This document shows, piece by piece, positions 10,700 through 21,646 of a stretch of 33,028 nucleotides of DNA. A model generated the notes under the pieces. That model did no database searches. It worked only from the letters and a program-made list of their open reading frames with translations, and was not told the origin of the DNA. The position numbers and the translations under genes were made by a program. Numbering within the stretch: the stretch's first letter is position 1; every line of letters starts with the position of its first letter. The stretch covers positions 23,114,567 to 23,147,594 of the forward strand of contig NC_057720.1 in NCBI RefSeq assembly GCF_004010195.1, in the 5' to 3' direction. Source of the DNA: Chiloscyllium plagiosum. Lineage: Eukaryota.

Positions 10700-11505
10700 A
10701 GTAAACCTGTGGATTGAGAGATTTTATTAATCAAAAAAGGAGAAATACAAAACTGATAAAGAGACGGAGAGAAGGTGGATTTAAATAGCAAGAAATATAT
10801 TTTTTAAAAGCTTCTATGGATATGTAAGATGGAGAAGACAAATATTGTTCTACAGCAGGCAGTGACAGGAGAATTTATAATGGGAAAAAGGGAAGAGAAG
10901 CTAAATAATTACTTAAGGTAGATATTACCTGCTGTTGCCAGGTGGCAGCCTACAGTGCTGTTCTATCCCTTTTACTGGATAAAATCTTAGCATTCTTTTC
11001 CAGCCAGGACTGTGAAAATACCTAGACCACATACGCTGTAATGTTTTGAAAAGGAGGCTCGCCACAATGATTCCATAACACTTCGGAGTCAGCAACAAAT
11101 ACTGGTCTCGTGAACAAGAGGAAAGTCTGTTTTTGAAGGGGAAGAACAATCAACATTTTGGTCCTGTCCAGAAGAAAGTAATGAAATCTAAATTGTGCCT
11201 GTATGTAGATGCACATAATCGAGTAAATAGGACTGGGGAGTTACATCTGCAGTTTGCCATGTGGAAATATGATGTTGTGGTGAAATCAAAAACCTGTCTG
11301 AAAGTAGGCAGGAGCTAAATGTTCCCAGGTGCAATGTTTTCAGAATAGATAGGAAAGGAGGAGGGGTGGTGGATTTGGTTGAAAGCTTTGTGGTGCTGGA
11401 GCAAATAGGGCATCCCAGAGGGTGCAAGGACAGAATCAATCTGGCTACCGGCAAGGAACAAAAAGTGAGGAATTGCATTGCTCAGTGCGGTATATATGCC
11501 ACAAC
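10700..11505 (+). mobile_element. Old CR1-like fragments (inter-domain segment ~10700-10915; endonuclease segment ~11180-11505)
   Basis: KSFYGYVR..GEFIMG..EKLNNY-like and YDVV..TCL..ELNVPRCNVFRIDRKGGGV-like translations, heavily decayed. Confidence 0.5.
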
Positions 11506-11510
11506 TAGGT

Positions 11511-11713
11511 TAGATGTCACAACTCACCAGGTTATAGTCCAACAGGTTTACTTGAAATCACAAGCTTTTGGAGAGCAGCCCCTTCATCAGGTGCAGTGAG
11601 AAGGAGCAGCGCTCCGAAAGCTTGTGATTTCAAGTAAACCTGTTGGACTATAATCAGGTGCCATGTGACTTCTGATGTTGTCACCCCAGTCCAACACCAG
11701 CACCTCCACATCA
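11511..11713. mobile_element. Short Penelope-type terminal element (second family) with inverted arms and hammerhead motif
   Basis: Inverted arms 11525-11585 / 11600-11660. The minus arm reads CACCTGATGAAGGGGCTGCTCTCCAAAAGCTTGTG and the plus arm reads GAAGGAGCAGCGCTCCGAAAGCTTGTG. Confidence 0.75.
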
Positions 11714-11730
11714 TGGATACCATAACTATG

Positions 11731-12690
11731 TGTTATGGGCCAGGCCAGAACCCCTCAAAACACTTTAAGAAAATAGTCCAGACTCTAATATTTAGATTTA
11801 TACATTCATTCATTCAATCATTGCATTCATTCAATAAGAAAAAGTTGAATAAATGAATGAATTATGTGATGATGCTGCTCCTTTAACAAGGTTAGGTTGT
11901 CTTTGGCTTTTTTTCAGAGCGGTCATAAAAAACACAGATTCCAAAAAGTCTAGTTGTAGGGTTTTAGGGTCAGTTTGATAACAGATAACAGATACTGCCT
12001 CAGGAACAAAGCTTTCAAGTTTAAAACAAAACACTTGTGCAATGGAAGGGGAGTGGCCAATTCTTCCAGCTCAGCTTTTCTCTTGATCTGCCTATTCCCT
12101 GAAAGCAGTCAAGCAGTTTAAGGCTGCTTTTCAAAGAAACAGCTAAATGAAAGAAACAGGTCCATGCTGATCCCTCTCCCTGACATCTCTCCTGTTAGAC
12201 CCTGCGCTTGATTTTTCCTTTTGGTGCCAAGGGATGTTTATGGAGATTGCTGCAAATATTGGAACAGCATCATTGAGTTGGTATAATCTGTTGGGTTTTC
12301 AGATAGGTTAGACTATTCTGTGTTCCGTTCTCTTTTGTTTGTTTCATTTGGTAATCTTCTAACAAAATTCCATTTTGTTTAAAACTAAGTGGTTTTCTGC
12401 ATCACTCCTAGAGTATCAGCATTACACCAGCTTAAAACAACTAGCAAAGTTAAGGTCTGGGCCACTTTCTTGAAATGTTTTGAGGTGGTCTGGCCTGTAC
12501 CATAACAATCAATCCAAAGATTGAACGAATGATTGAATCCAAATACTGAATTAGTAAATGGATTGAAGAATGAACCTGAGGATTGAATGAATGAATTGGA
12601 ATGTAAAGTGGGCATTTCAGGAGTGATGCAGCTGGTCAAACCATTTGGCTTTAAGCAAAACAATGTGTTTTTACACACTACTCTTGAAAC
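11731..12690. mobile_element. Partial LTR-like repeat (11731-11788 plus 12601-~12690) split by a CATT/GAAT-rich tract and an inverted related LTR
   Basis: 11731-11788 is the reverse-complement homolog of 12450-12507. 12613-12661 (CAGGAGTGATGCAG...AAACCA.TT.G.TTTAA.CAAAA) is the reverse-complement homolog of ~12373-12415. Confidence 0.6.
11865..12507. mobile_element. Solo LTR (643 bp, TG...CA)
   Basis: Starts TGTGATG and ends CATAACA; flanks ATTA/ATCA (4-bp TSD with 1 mismatch); no coding content. Confidence 0.65.
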
Positions 12691-12903
12691 ACACAGAGGG
12701 TGGTGTGTGTATGGAATAAGCTACCAGAAGAAGTGGTGGAGGCTGGTTCAAATGCAACATTGAAGAGGTGAGCAGATGGGTATATGGCTAGGAAGTGTTT
12801 AGAGGGATATGGGCCAAATGCTGGCAAATTTTGGATATCTGGTGGGCATGGACGAGTTGGACTGACAGGGCTGTTTTCCTGCTGCACAGCTCTATGACTG
12901 TAC
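12690..12903 (+). mobile_element. CR1 LINE 3' end
   Basis: ACACAGAGGGTGGTGTGTGTATGGAATAAGCT...GAGGGATATGGGCCAAATGCTGGC...CTATGACT. Confidence 0.85.
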
Positions 12904-13921
12904 AATAACAGTTCTCTTAACACTGAGCCATTATCATGTTCCTTCCTTCCAATTGCCCACTCTCCACCCAAGTCTCTTTATGACTCTGATCTTTAGCTTG
13001 AGGAGGATGGTCTACTGACCACTTCTTGCTATTGCAAAGTTAGAATCTTGAGAAGGCTGGGTATATAAGCTGACCCATGATGACCTTAAAGTACTGACAG
13101 TGAAGGGTGGACAATGAGGGTGGATTCAGGCGGAAAAGCGGTAATGCCTGGATGAAGAAATGACAAAAAGGAGAGAGAGAGTGACTATTATTCAAGTCCT
13201 CTTGATGCTGTCTTTGTAGTCCAGGAAAAGGTTTTCAACAGCTGCCTTGTAGAAATGAGAATGAAGGAATAACTGAACTCCATCTCTTGGACATAGGAGG
13301 AACAATGGCCAGAAAAGGGAAGACTCGCGGTCCAGTTTATGGAACCTTGAGGGCAATAAGTTTTCCTGTAGCTAGTTGGGTAGCTGGTCAGGATTCAGGA
13401 GCTTTGGAGTTCTATACAATGAATAATGATCCCAGATAAAGAGTCTCCTTGCTTAAGCAATAGTAGGGCTATTGACACACATTCTCCGGAATGGACATGA
13501 ATAACATTGGATCCTTGGAATAGATTGGCAGTTAAGTGGGTGATGCAATGACTGCTATTGATACCTGAACCTGAAACTATACCTTGAAAAGTGGTGAAAC
13601 ACTTGGACTGTGGAGTTTTGGAGACAGTGAAAGATTCCAGTAATCCACTTTGTAAAGGATGCATTGAAATCTGAAGAGGGTGGACCTGTTCTGAATTGAT
13701 CTGAGTAGAACATTTGGGTAGTATCCTAAGATTTGGACTGAGGTAAGTGTACTGAGGATATAAGCAGATCTGCAGTGCCATGAGGTGTGGGCTTGTTTGA
13801 AGTCAAAGGTGATCCAGGAAATTTGTGATTGCACACCTCAGGCTGACCAAAGAGCTCCAAAACATCAGAACAATAATGCAATAGTACCTCAACACAAAGA
13901 AACTCTATATTAGACTGATTA

Positions 13922-14680
13922 CAAAGGAACCTCGATTATTCGAATATTGATTATCTGAATATCAATTATCTGAATACCGGTTATCCAAAGTAGATTTTAA
14001 GGTCCCGCAAAAATATTACATCAAAAATGTAAGTGTATTTGATTTACTTGTACTGAAGAAGGTGTGAAAACGCTGGCAAAATCAAAGAAACACAAGCAGC
14101 TCAAGCATCAGTGACTGGGTATTTTTTAGGTAAGGGTTGTTACACAACTCTTTGCAAAACTAAGTGTTTTACAGTATTCCCAGCACTTTTCTGAGACGTC
14201 CACTTATAAAAAGGTCGAGAATGTAAACGCTTACGTGAGGCGGGGCTTCTCTCTTTCTATTGCGAGACTGAGTTCCCGGAAGCTGATACTGTAAATGGTC
14301 TTGCGATCATAGAAGCTGTTTGGGACCTTGTTTAATGCTGGGATTTCATGGTAAGGGTTTAACCTGTAATTTGCAGGCTGCAAAGATTAGTTTATTTAAA
14401 TGGCAGACGCATTAAAATTATAGACTTAAACAAATTCTCCTGTAGAATCTGTTGCGTCCTAAGAATCGAAGCACCTCTCTCCTTGAGGTTGGGTGTGGAA
14501 ATTCCTTGATGGTCTTCATCTTTGCATTCCGTGGGGTCAACCTTTCATGACCAATGTCATGTCCCACAGCATTAGATCAGTATGGCTTCCTCTTTTAAGC
14601 TAAAGTCAATTATTCGAATAATCAATTATCCGAATGAAATAGTGCCAGCCCATTTCATTCAGATAATCGAGGTTCCTCTG
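13922..14680. mobile_element. Non-autonomous Tc1/mariner (Tigger/pogo-like) DNA transposon / MITE
   Basis: TIRs CAAAGGAACCTCGATTATTCGAAT and ATTCAGATAATCGAGGTTCCTCTG; TA flanks at 13920-13921 and 14681-14682; repeated subterminal ATTATYYGAA motifs at both ends. Confidence 0.85.
14453..14566 (-). repeat. 114-bp copy of a Gypsy RT segment (matches 16672-16785)
   Basis: Ungapped manual alignment shows 7 mismatches in 114 bp. Confidence 0.92.
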
Positions 14681-15225
14681 TATATAGCATGCTTGAAGAT
14701 TAAAATTTGAGCTAAACGGAGGATGTACTCATCAAAGAATTAGTAGTCCAATCTGCAGTAGCTGCTGTAGTCCAATCAATAGGCTGATTTACAGAGTTCG
14801 GGAATTCGATGGCATCTGTTTGGAAAACATCCCGTCTATGCTGACTCCTATTTACAGTGAGAGAGTTAGGAACTCTGGTCTGTGGTCAGGCACAAGGCAG
14901 GCAAAAGTTGTAGAAAGACTTCAATTGTGAGTGCCTCTCCATTATCAGGATGAATTGCTTTGACATATACTACTCTGGTTGCAGTTGAAACATCCCTCTG
15001 GATTAAAGGAGTACGGCATCTGACATTGGTTGCTCGTGTATGACATTGCAGTGCAAAATTTGACAGTAAAATCAATGGTTGATGCTGGTCTAAAGCAGCT
15101 ATAGAGATTGTTGCATTGAAGGAGTACGGTGAGATCTAGGTCCATCAAATCATTCACGATATTCCTTCTTGCATACTCTGCCATTAAAGAATAAGAATGG
15201 ATCGAACATGACATTCTACAGCTGG

Positions 15226-15881
15226 TGTGGATAAACCCTCCTGCTTAATTTAAACCAGCAACACAGAAAAGATTTATCCCATGTAGTAATCTGTGAAAAT
15301 TCAAGAGGCCAAGAACTATTTAAAGTCCAAATTAACAACTTTATTTCTTAAAGTATAACAGAGAATAATTAACTAACAACTATTTACAATTGCTTCCTCT
15401 AGCCTATCTTTTATTTTGCCTTCTATAATACTTATCCAATAAAACCAGCCAGCTGTCGAATCTTCTCTTTGCACTTTTGCTCTCCAGGTCAATGTCAATG
15501 TTTTTCTCTGTGCAAACTCCTTCCCGAGACAGGTACCTCTCAGACAGTTCTCACTCGCAGTCTGCATCTGTTGGTCTTTTGGCAGTTCTCTCCCAACTGT
15601 TCAATTTACTCCGGTCTTATACCCCAAAACATTGGATTGTTGCATTGGTTTTTAATATTGTCAATATATTAACTTCAAACTTGATTGGAATTTGGTATTT
15701 TGGGGTAAAATTTAAACTAATTGGCCGAATTTGAATTTGTTTTTGTCTCCAGGCAATCAGCTACTCTAGCTGCGGGACCAAAAGGTTGCATTGTATCTTG
15801 TTGAGAACACTTGCTGCTGTCCCATAGTTCTGCTAGCTTTTAACTTCCTTAAAGGTACAGTACACCCACATCTTCATAACA
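15226..15881 (-). repeat. 3' LTR
   Basis: Direct repeat of 20940-21646 (roughly 85-90% identical by eye); termini TG...TCATAACA. Confidence 0.9.
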
Positions 15882-15892
15882 CTTCCCCCCTT
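15882..15892 (-). other. Polypurine tract
   Basis: Minus strand AAGGGGGGAAG immediately before the TGTTATG LTR start. Confidence 0.85.
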
Positions 15893-16013
15893 AAGAAAAA
15901 ATGAACCATCATAATGAAATGATGGCTTCATTTTTTTTCTATTCTTTAAACACATTTCCCTACATACCAATGTCATAAATCTAAGTTCACCTTCATTTCT
16001 TCACATATAACTG

Positions 16014-16021
<8 letters not shown>

Positions 16022-16078
<57 letters not shown>
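16022..16078. repeat. (TG)n microsatellite in the element 3' UTR
   Basis: Perfect TG run of about 28 units. Confidence 0.97.
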
Positions 16079-16085
<7 letters not shown>

Positions 16086-16124
16086 AACATTAAATAAATG
16101 CAAATCTCATTTAAACTTTATCAA

Positions 16125-17430
16125 TTAAATCTGCGATAACACATCTGCGAATACAGTCTAACAACCTGCAACATGCACATTTTTTAAATTAAAAGTCTGT
16201 AACATAAGACCCCAATGAAATAATCTCATATTCTTGTGTTTAAGTTATCTAAGAATGTAATCGGATTGTGATTGGTGTACATCACCATCTCCGCCACGTT
16301 GTTCATGACATACACATTATAATGTTGTAAGGCCAGTACCAAACTTAATAGTTCTTTTTTGATCGCGGAGGAATTCCTCTGGTGGATGCTGAACTTCTTT
16401 GAAAAGTAACCAACTGGCAGTTCAATACCATCCTCATCTTCCTGTAGGAGTACAGCTCCAAATCCTATGTCACTAGCATCGATGGCGACTTTAAAAGGTT
16501 TTGAAAAGTTTGGCGTGGTTAAAACTGGTTTGATGGTTAATATTGATTTCAAATGGGTGAATGCTTCCTGGCATTGTTCTGTCCACTGAAACTTTGTGTC
16601 CTTCTTCAGCAAATCAGTTAACAGTGCCACTACACAACTGAAGTTTGGAACAAACGTCTGATAGATTGCGCTGCGTCCTAAGAATCGAAGCACCTCTTTC
16701 TTTGAGGTTGGGTGTGGAAATTCCTTGATGGTCTTCATCTTTGCGACCCGTGGGGTCAACCTTCCATAACCAATGTCATGTCCCAAGAATGTCACCTCTG
16801 CTTTTGCAAATTCAGCTTTATTTAAGTTTATCACCAGTTTTGCTTCTCGTAGACGTTCAAAAAGTTCTGCCAACTGTACCATGTGATCTTTCCAGGACTT
16901 AGTAAAGATCACTGCATTGTCCAAATAGACTGCACAGGTTGGTAACCCAGCCACAACTCTGTTCATGAATCTTTGGAATGTGCCGGGTGCATTTTTCATT
17001 CCAAAGGCATCACTTTAAACTGATATAGTCTATTTGGGGTTACAAATGCAGAAATTTCTTTCACCGAATCTGATAAATGTACCTGCCAGTAACTATGCAG
17101 TTATTCCAACTTGGTGATGTAACTGGCTTGTCCAAATTTCTTGATACAGTCCTCCAATCTAGGAATTGGATACGAGTCCAATTTTGTAACAGCGTTGACT
17201 TTCTGATAATCCATGCAGAATCATTGACTCCTGTCCAGTTTGGGAACTAAGACGATCAATGAACTCCACTCGCTCTGGCTCAGTTGATGATATACTCATC
17301 GAGCATGGCCTTCACTTCCATCTGGATCTGTCTGGCTTTGAAAGGATTAAGCTGACAAGGGTGTTGTTTTATCAGAGCAGTATTCCCTACGTCTACTTCA
17401 TGTACAATAGCATTAGTCCCCCCCATCTGA
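16125..17430 (-). pseudogene. pol: RT-RNase H region of Gypsy pol
   Basis: IKQHPCQLNP, MKNAPGTFQRFMN, AVYLDN (YLDD decayed), VTFLGH, IDASDIGFGAVL, ELLSLVLALQH, ADVLSQI*. Confidence 0.9.
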
Positions 17431-17639
17431 TTCTTACATATGTCCTTATGCTGCAGTAACAAATCTTTCAACTGCATTGTATGCTCCTGAGACAGATAAC
17501 CTACTAACCTATTCCACTCTTCAAGGACTTCTTCATTTTTTAATCTATTTTGATGCACATGAAAATTCACATCATTTGGATTTGTTTCCTCACTCTGTGA
17601 GAGAGTAACTAGCACCTGTTTCTCAAATTCTTTCTCTCT

Positions 17640-18680
17640 CATGTAATACGGTTTCAACATGTTCACATGACATACCCAATACCTTTTGTCTCTATCTGGC
17701 ATTTTTACTGGATAGTTCACCTGACTCAATTTTTTCTCAATTTGATAGGGACCACTAAACCTGGCTTTGAAGTGATCTCCTATCACTGGTGACAGTACTA
17801 ACATGTCATTCCCTCGGAAAAACATCAGAGTCTCAAAGCTTTTATCTGCCACCTGTTTCATTCTATAAAGTGTCCTCTTTATATGCTGTTTAGCTAACTC
17901 ACCTACTCGATTTAATCTCTCCTTCACCTCAGATACATAATCTAAGTGTGAGGTCTCTGAATTTTGTTCTGTCAATTTTTCTTTAATTAATTTCAAAGGG
18001 TCTCTCATTTCATGCCCGAATATTAACTCAAAGGGAGTGAACTGAGTAGATTCATTTGGGGCATCTCTAATGACAAACAATATGAATGGGATACCTTTAT
18101 CCCAATCATTCAGCTAATCCTGACAGTATGCTCTCAATATGGTCTTCAAGGTCTGATGTCACTTTTCTAAAGTTCCCTGGGATTCAGGTTGATATGGATT
18201 GGGTTTGAAGTGTTGTGTACCTATGCTATGCATAACCTGCTTAAATAGCCTCGCAGTAAAATTTGACTCTTGGGTAGCTCATACGTGTGAAGAAAACTAC
18301 TAACTCTTCTACTACCCTTTTTGCCTCGATACTCCATAATGGAATTGCCTCTGGACATCTGGTAGACACATCCATTATGGTTAAAAAGTACTGATTCCCA
18401 CTTTTAGTTCTCAGGAGGGGACCTATACAGTCAATTGCACATGAAAGGTTCTTCAAATGTGGGAATTGGCAACAAAAGTGATGGTTTTATTCCCGTCTGT
18501 GGCTTACCTACTATTTGGTATGTATGACACGTACGGCAAAAGTTAACCACATCCTTGTGCATCACAGGCCAATTAAAAATGTTTTTGAACCTTAGTCTGT
18601 GTCTTCATACCCCTAGGTAACGTCCTACTGGTGGATCATGAGATGGCTGTAATACCTCCTGTCTGTATGCTACTAGCAGC
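17640..18680 (-). pseudogene. Integrase region, upstream of RT
   Basis: SHDPPVGRYLGV, FCRTCHT, IDCIGPLLRTKSGNQYFLTIMDVSTRCPEAIPL, RDAPNESTQFTPFELIFG, ARFSGPYQI, CHVNMLKPY. Confidence 0.9.
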
Positions 18681-19099
18681 ACAATCTGGGTCACTTCGGT
18701 CCATTTCTCCTTTGCCCTAACATGCCATGGTCTCCATTTCCATTTTAAGATTGTATCTTTTAGATAATAATCCTCCAGAATATTCTCTGCCTCCTTTTCC
18801 GAGTACACATCCACATATATATCTTTTATCGTCTTGTCTTGCTGTTGCAAGTCACTTAGACTTTCAGGACTAAACAATTCTGTCTGACCCTCTGCCTGTT
18901 CAGGTTTTTCCTGCATCATTACCTCAAACAGGGTGTCTCCTAACTGAACTTCAACTCCTTCATCTTTCTCTTGACTTTTTGTTTCGAGCTGCGACTTATG
19001 ATAGTGGGATCTGGTTACCATACAGTCTGGGAAAACACCAGGATATTTCTGTTTTAACTCCTCAGTTTTTGGGTCTTCCTTGGGCTTCTCCACAACAAG

Positions 19100-19400
19100 G
19101 GGTGTCACTCCCACCTTGGATCCTGCCAAATCATTCCCAAGAGCAAACTGAATTCCTCGAACTGGCACTCAGTCAATCACTCCCACTGTAACTTCTCCAA
19201 TCTTGAGTTGGCACTCCAACCTGATCTTGCATAGGGGAACGCTAAATTTCTATCTATCTATCGCACAAATTACCACACTTTCGGATAACAGATCAGAAAT
19301 AGTGCATATGCATTCATCCCTTACTATCAGCGACTGATTAGATCCTATATCTTTCAAAATTAATACTTTCTGAGCAAACTTTACCCACAGAGGTAAATTC
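19100..19400 (-). pseudogene. Aspartic protease region
   Basis: ILKDIGSNQSLIV at 19322-19360 (compare LRDTGASQSL) and IQFALGNDLAG. Confidence 0.75.
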
Positions 19401-19479
19401 TTTGTAGAGATCAGGTACTAACTCCATACCCAGCCCCTGCCTGGGCTGTGCACTCTCCTGTAGCTCCTTGGCTTTCTTG

Positions 19480-20703
19480 GGGTTTCCTTTCCTACTTTCA
19501 CTAATGTCAATGGCGTGGCTTCTTTTACCACATCTTTTCCCATAGCGCCTTTCTTTAACGACCAGCACTGTGACTTTACATCTCCCAGTTTACCACAGTG
19601 GAAGCATCTGAGGCCTTTCACCTCCTTTCGTCCCTCTTGGGCTTCTTTTTTCTCCTGTGGTAAATTCTTACCAGTGTTCTCTACTCTTGGTTTCGTAGTG
19701 TAGGATTTCCTCTTCTCCCAACCTTTATCCTTCACAGGACAAAATTCTGGCCCGAAGCTTGTCTTATGCACCAACATATATTTATCTGCTAATTCTGCTG
19801 CCCTTCTCACTTCCTGAACTTTCTGTTCCTCCATGTGAATTCTTACCATCTCTGGAAGTGGGCTTTTAAACCCCTTCAGCAGAATAACCTCTCATAGAAA
19901 CTCCTATCTGTTTTCAAAGCATGCACCCATCTATCAAAATGATTATGTTTAATTCTTTCAAACTCAACCTAAGGCTTGGTTCCTTCTTTATGTTTCTGAA
20001 CCACTCTCTATTTTTGTTTCTGGTACCAATTCATAAGCACTTAAAATAGTTCGTTTAACCTCTTCATAATTTCTTGACACCTATCTGACAGTGTGGCAAA
20101 TACCTCACTAGCTCTGCCTACCAGTTTAGTCGGAACTAGCATTACCCATAAATCCTCGGACCACTCCATCTGCCTACCAAATGTTTCAAATGAAATAAAG
20201 GAAGCTTCAACATCTTTATCATCAAAATGTGGCAGAGTTTTGACATATTCGTATATATCACTACCATCTCTTTTCATCTCCATCCTATTAACTTGACTAA
20301 GTCACAACTTCTCAAGTTCAAATTCTCTTTCTCTTTCTCTCTCTTCTCTCTTTCTCTCTCCCTTTCTTTCTCTCTCCTTGCTCAGCTAAGAATCTTCTCT
20401 CTCTTTCTTTGTTCCTCTCTCTCTCTTCTCTCTCTGTCTCTTTCTCTCTCCATTTGTTTATCTCCTAATTCCATTTCCCTCAATTGTAATTTGAGTTTTT
20501 CTACCTCTACTGTACTTGTCTGTTTCTCTGGTATACCTAAGTGTTATGAATGACTTTCTTACAATTTCAGCTTTACTTTTTTCCAAATCTAATTTATTTG
20601 CTAATTCTAAAAGTATGACCTTTTTCTTTCCTTCTAAACTTTCTTGGCAAATTTGGGAATCACCTTCAAATCCCAGAACCTCTTTAGCAATTTTAAGAGC
20701 CAT
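19480..20703 (-). pseudogene. gag: Gag region (AG-rich coiled-coil, capsid-like domain, zinc knuckle)
   Basis: MALKIAKEVL, E/R-rich tract, LPHFDDKDVEASFISFE..W....W..L...LVGRASEVF, AAELADKY, CFHCGKLGDVKSQC. Confidence 0.85.
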
Positions 20704-20910
20704 TTCCATCACTTTTAATTTAACCAACCACAAGTCACTGAAATTAAACAAATTGCTTCACCTATGGTTTATTTAAAGATCTAGGACACTAACCTGCAAG
20801 TGTTTAAATCTGCTGAGACTTTTCTCACCCCCAAATCTATTCAAATCTGTCTAAACCAGTTCAAATCCAAGACCCAAGCTATTCAAATCGTGGACAAAAG
20901 CCCTGAAATT

Positions 20911-20936
20911 GTTCAAATCCCGATGACAAGCCTCCA
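20911..20936 (-). other. Primer-binding site, tRNA-Pro-like
   Basis: Minus strand TGGAGGCTTGTCATCGGGAT(TTGAAC), 3 nt from the LTR, versus the canonical PBS-Pro TGGGGGCTCGTCCGGGAT. Confidence 0.75.
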
Positions 20937-20939
20937 ACG

Positions 20940-21646
20940 TGTTAGGATACGGGGTAAGCTCTCCTCCTTAATTTAAACCAGCTACACAGAAAAGATTTAT
21001 CCCATGCAGTAATCTGTGAAAATTCGAGATGTCAAGACCTATTTGAAGTACAAATTAGCAACTTTAGTTCTTAAAGAATAACAGAGAGAATAATTAACTC
21101 ACAACTATTTACAACTCCATACTCTAACCTACCTTTTACTTTCCCTTCCATAATATTAGTCCGATAAAAACCCCAATTAAGATTTACTGAAATATTCAAA
21201 TTTCAAAACCAGACAGCTGTCGAATCTTCTCTTTGCAGATTTGCTCTCCAGTTCGGTGTCAATGGTTTTTCTCTGTGCAAACTCCTTCTCGAGACAGGTA
21301 CCTCTCAGACACTTCTGATTAGCAGTCTACATCTGTTGGTCTTTTGGCAGTTCTCTCCCAATTGTTCCATTTTTCCCGGTCTGAGAGCCCAAAGCATTGG
21401 ATTGTTTCATTGGTTTTTAATATTGTTAATATATTAAATTCAAACTTGATTGGAGTGTGGTATTTTGGGGTAAAATTTAAAGGGATTGGTTGAATTTGAA
21501 TTTCATTTTATCTCCAGGCAATCAGCTATACTAACTGCTGGACCAAAGTGTTAAGTCATATCATGGTCAGAACACTTGATGCTGTCAGGTAGTTCTGCTA
21601 GCTTTTGACTTCCTTAAAGATACAGTACACCCACATCTTCATAACT
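20940..21646 (-). repeat. 5' LTR
   Basis: TGTTAGG...CTTCATAACT; repeat of 15226-15881; adjacent to the PBS. Confidence 0.9.

Larger units (their letters stand above)
15226..21646 (-). mobile_element. Gmr1-like Ty3/Gypsy LTR retrotransposon, complete but decayed
   Basis: Two LTRs, CTGG TSD (15222-15225 / 21647-21650), tRNA-Pro-like PBS, PPT, and gag-PR-INT-RT-RH motifs with many stops and frameshifts. Confidence 0.93.

Noticed and set aside
11731..12507. DNA transposon with ~58-bp TIRs
   Set aside because: The left 'TIR' continues at 12601, and the inner unit has its own TG...CA ends and near-TSD, so nested opposite LTRs explain it better.
14800..15225. Plus-strand L1/Tx1 ORF1 relic (ALKEYGEI; GHLYAQC across the Gypsy junction)
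   Set aside because: Zinc-knuckle spacing is wrong and stops are frequent; the minus-strand DIRS-like reading fits more motifs in order.
20831..20936. CRISPR-like repeat-spacer array
   Set aside because: The context is eukaryotic, the repeats are only 8 bp, the inter-repeat parts are themselves related, and there are no cas genes.
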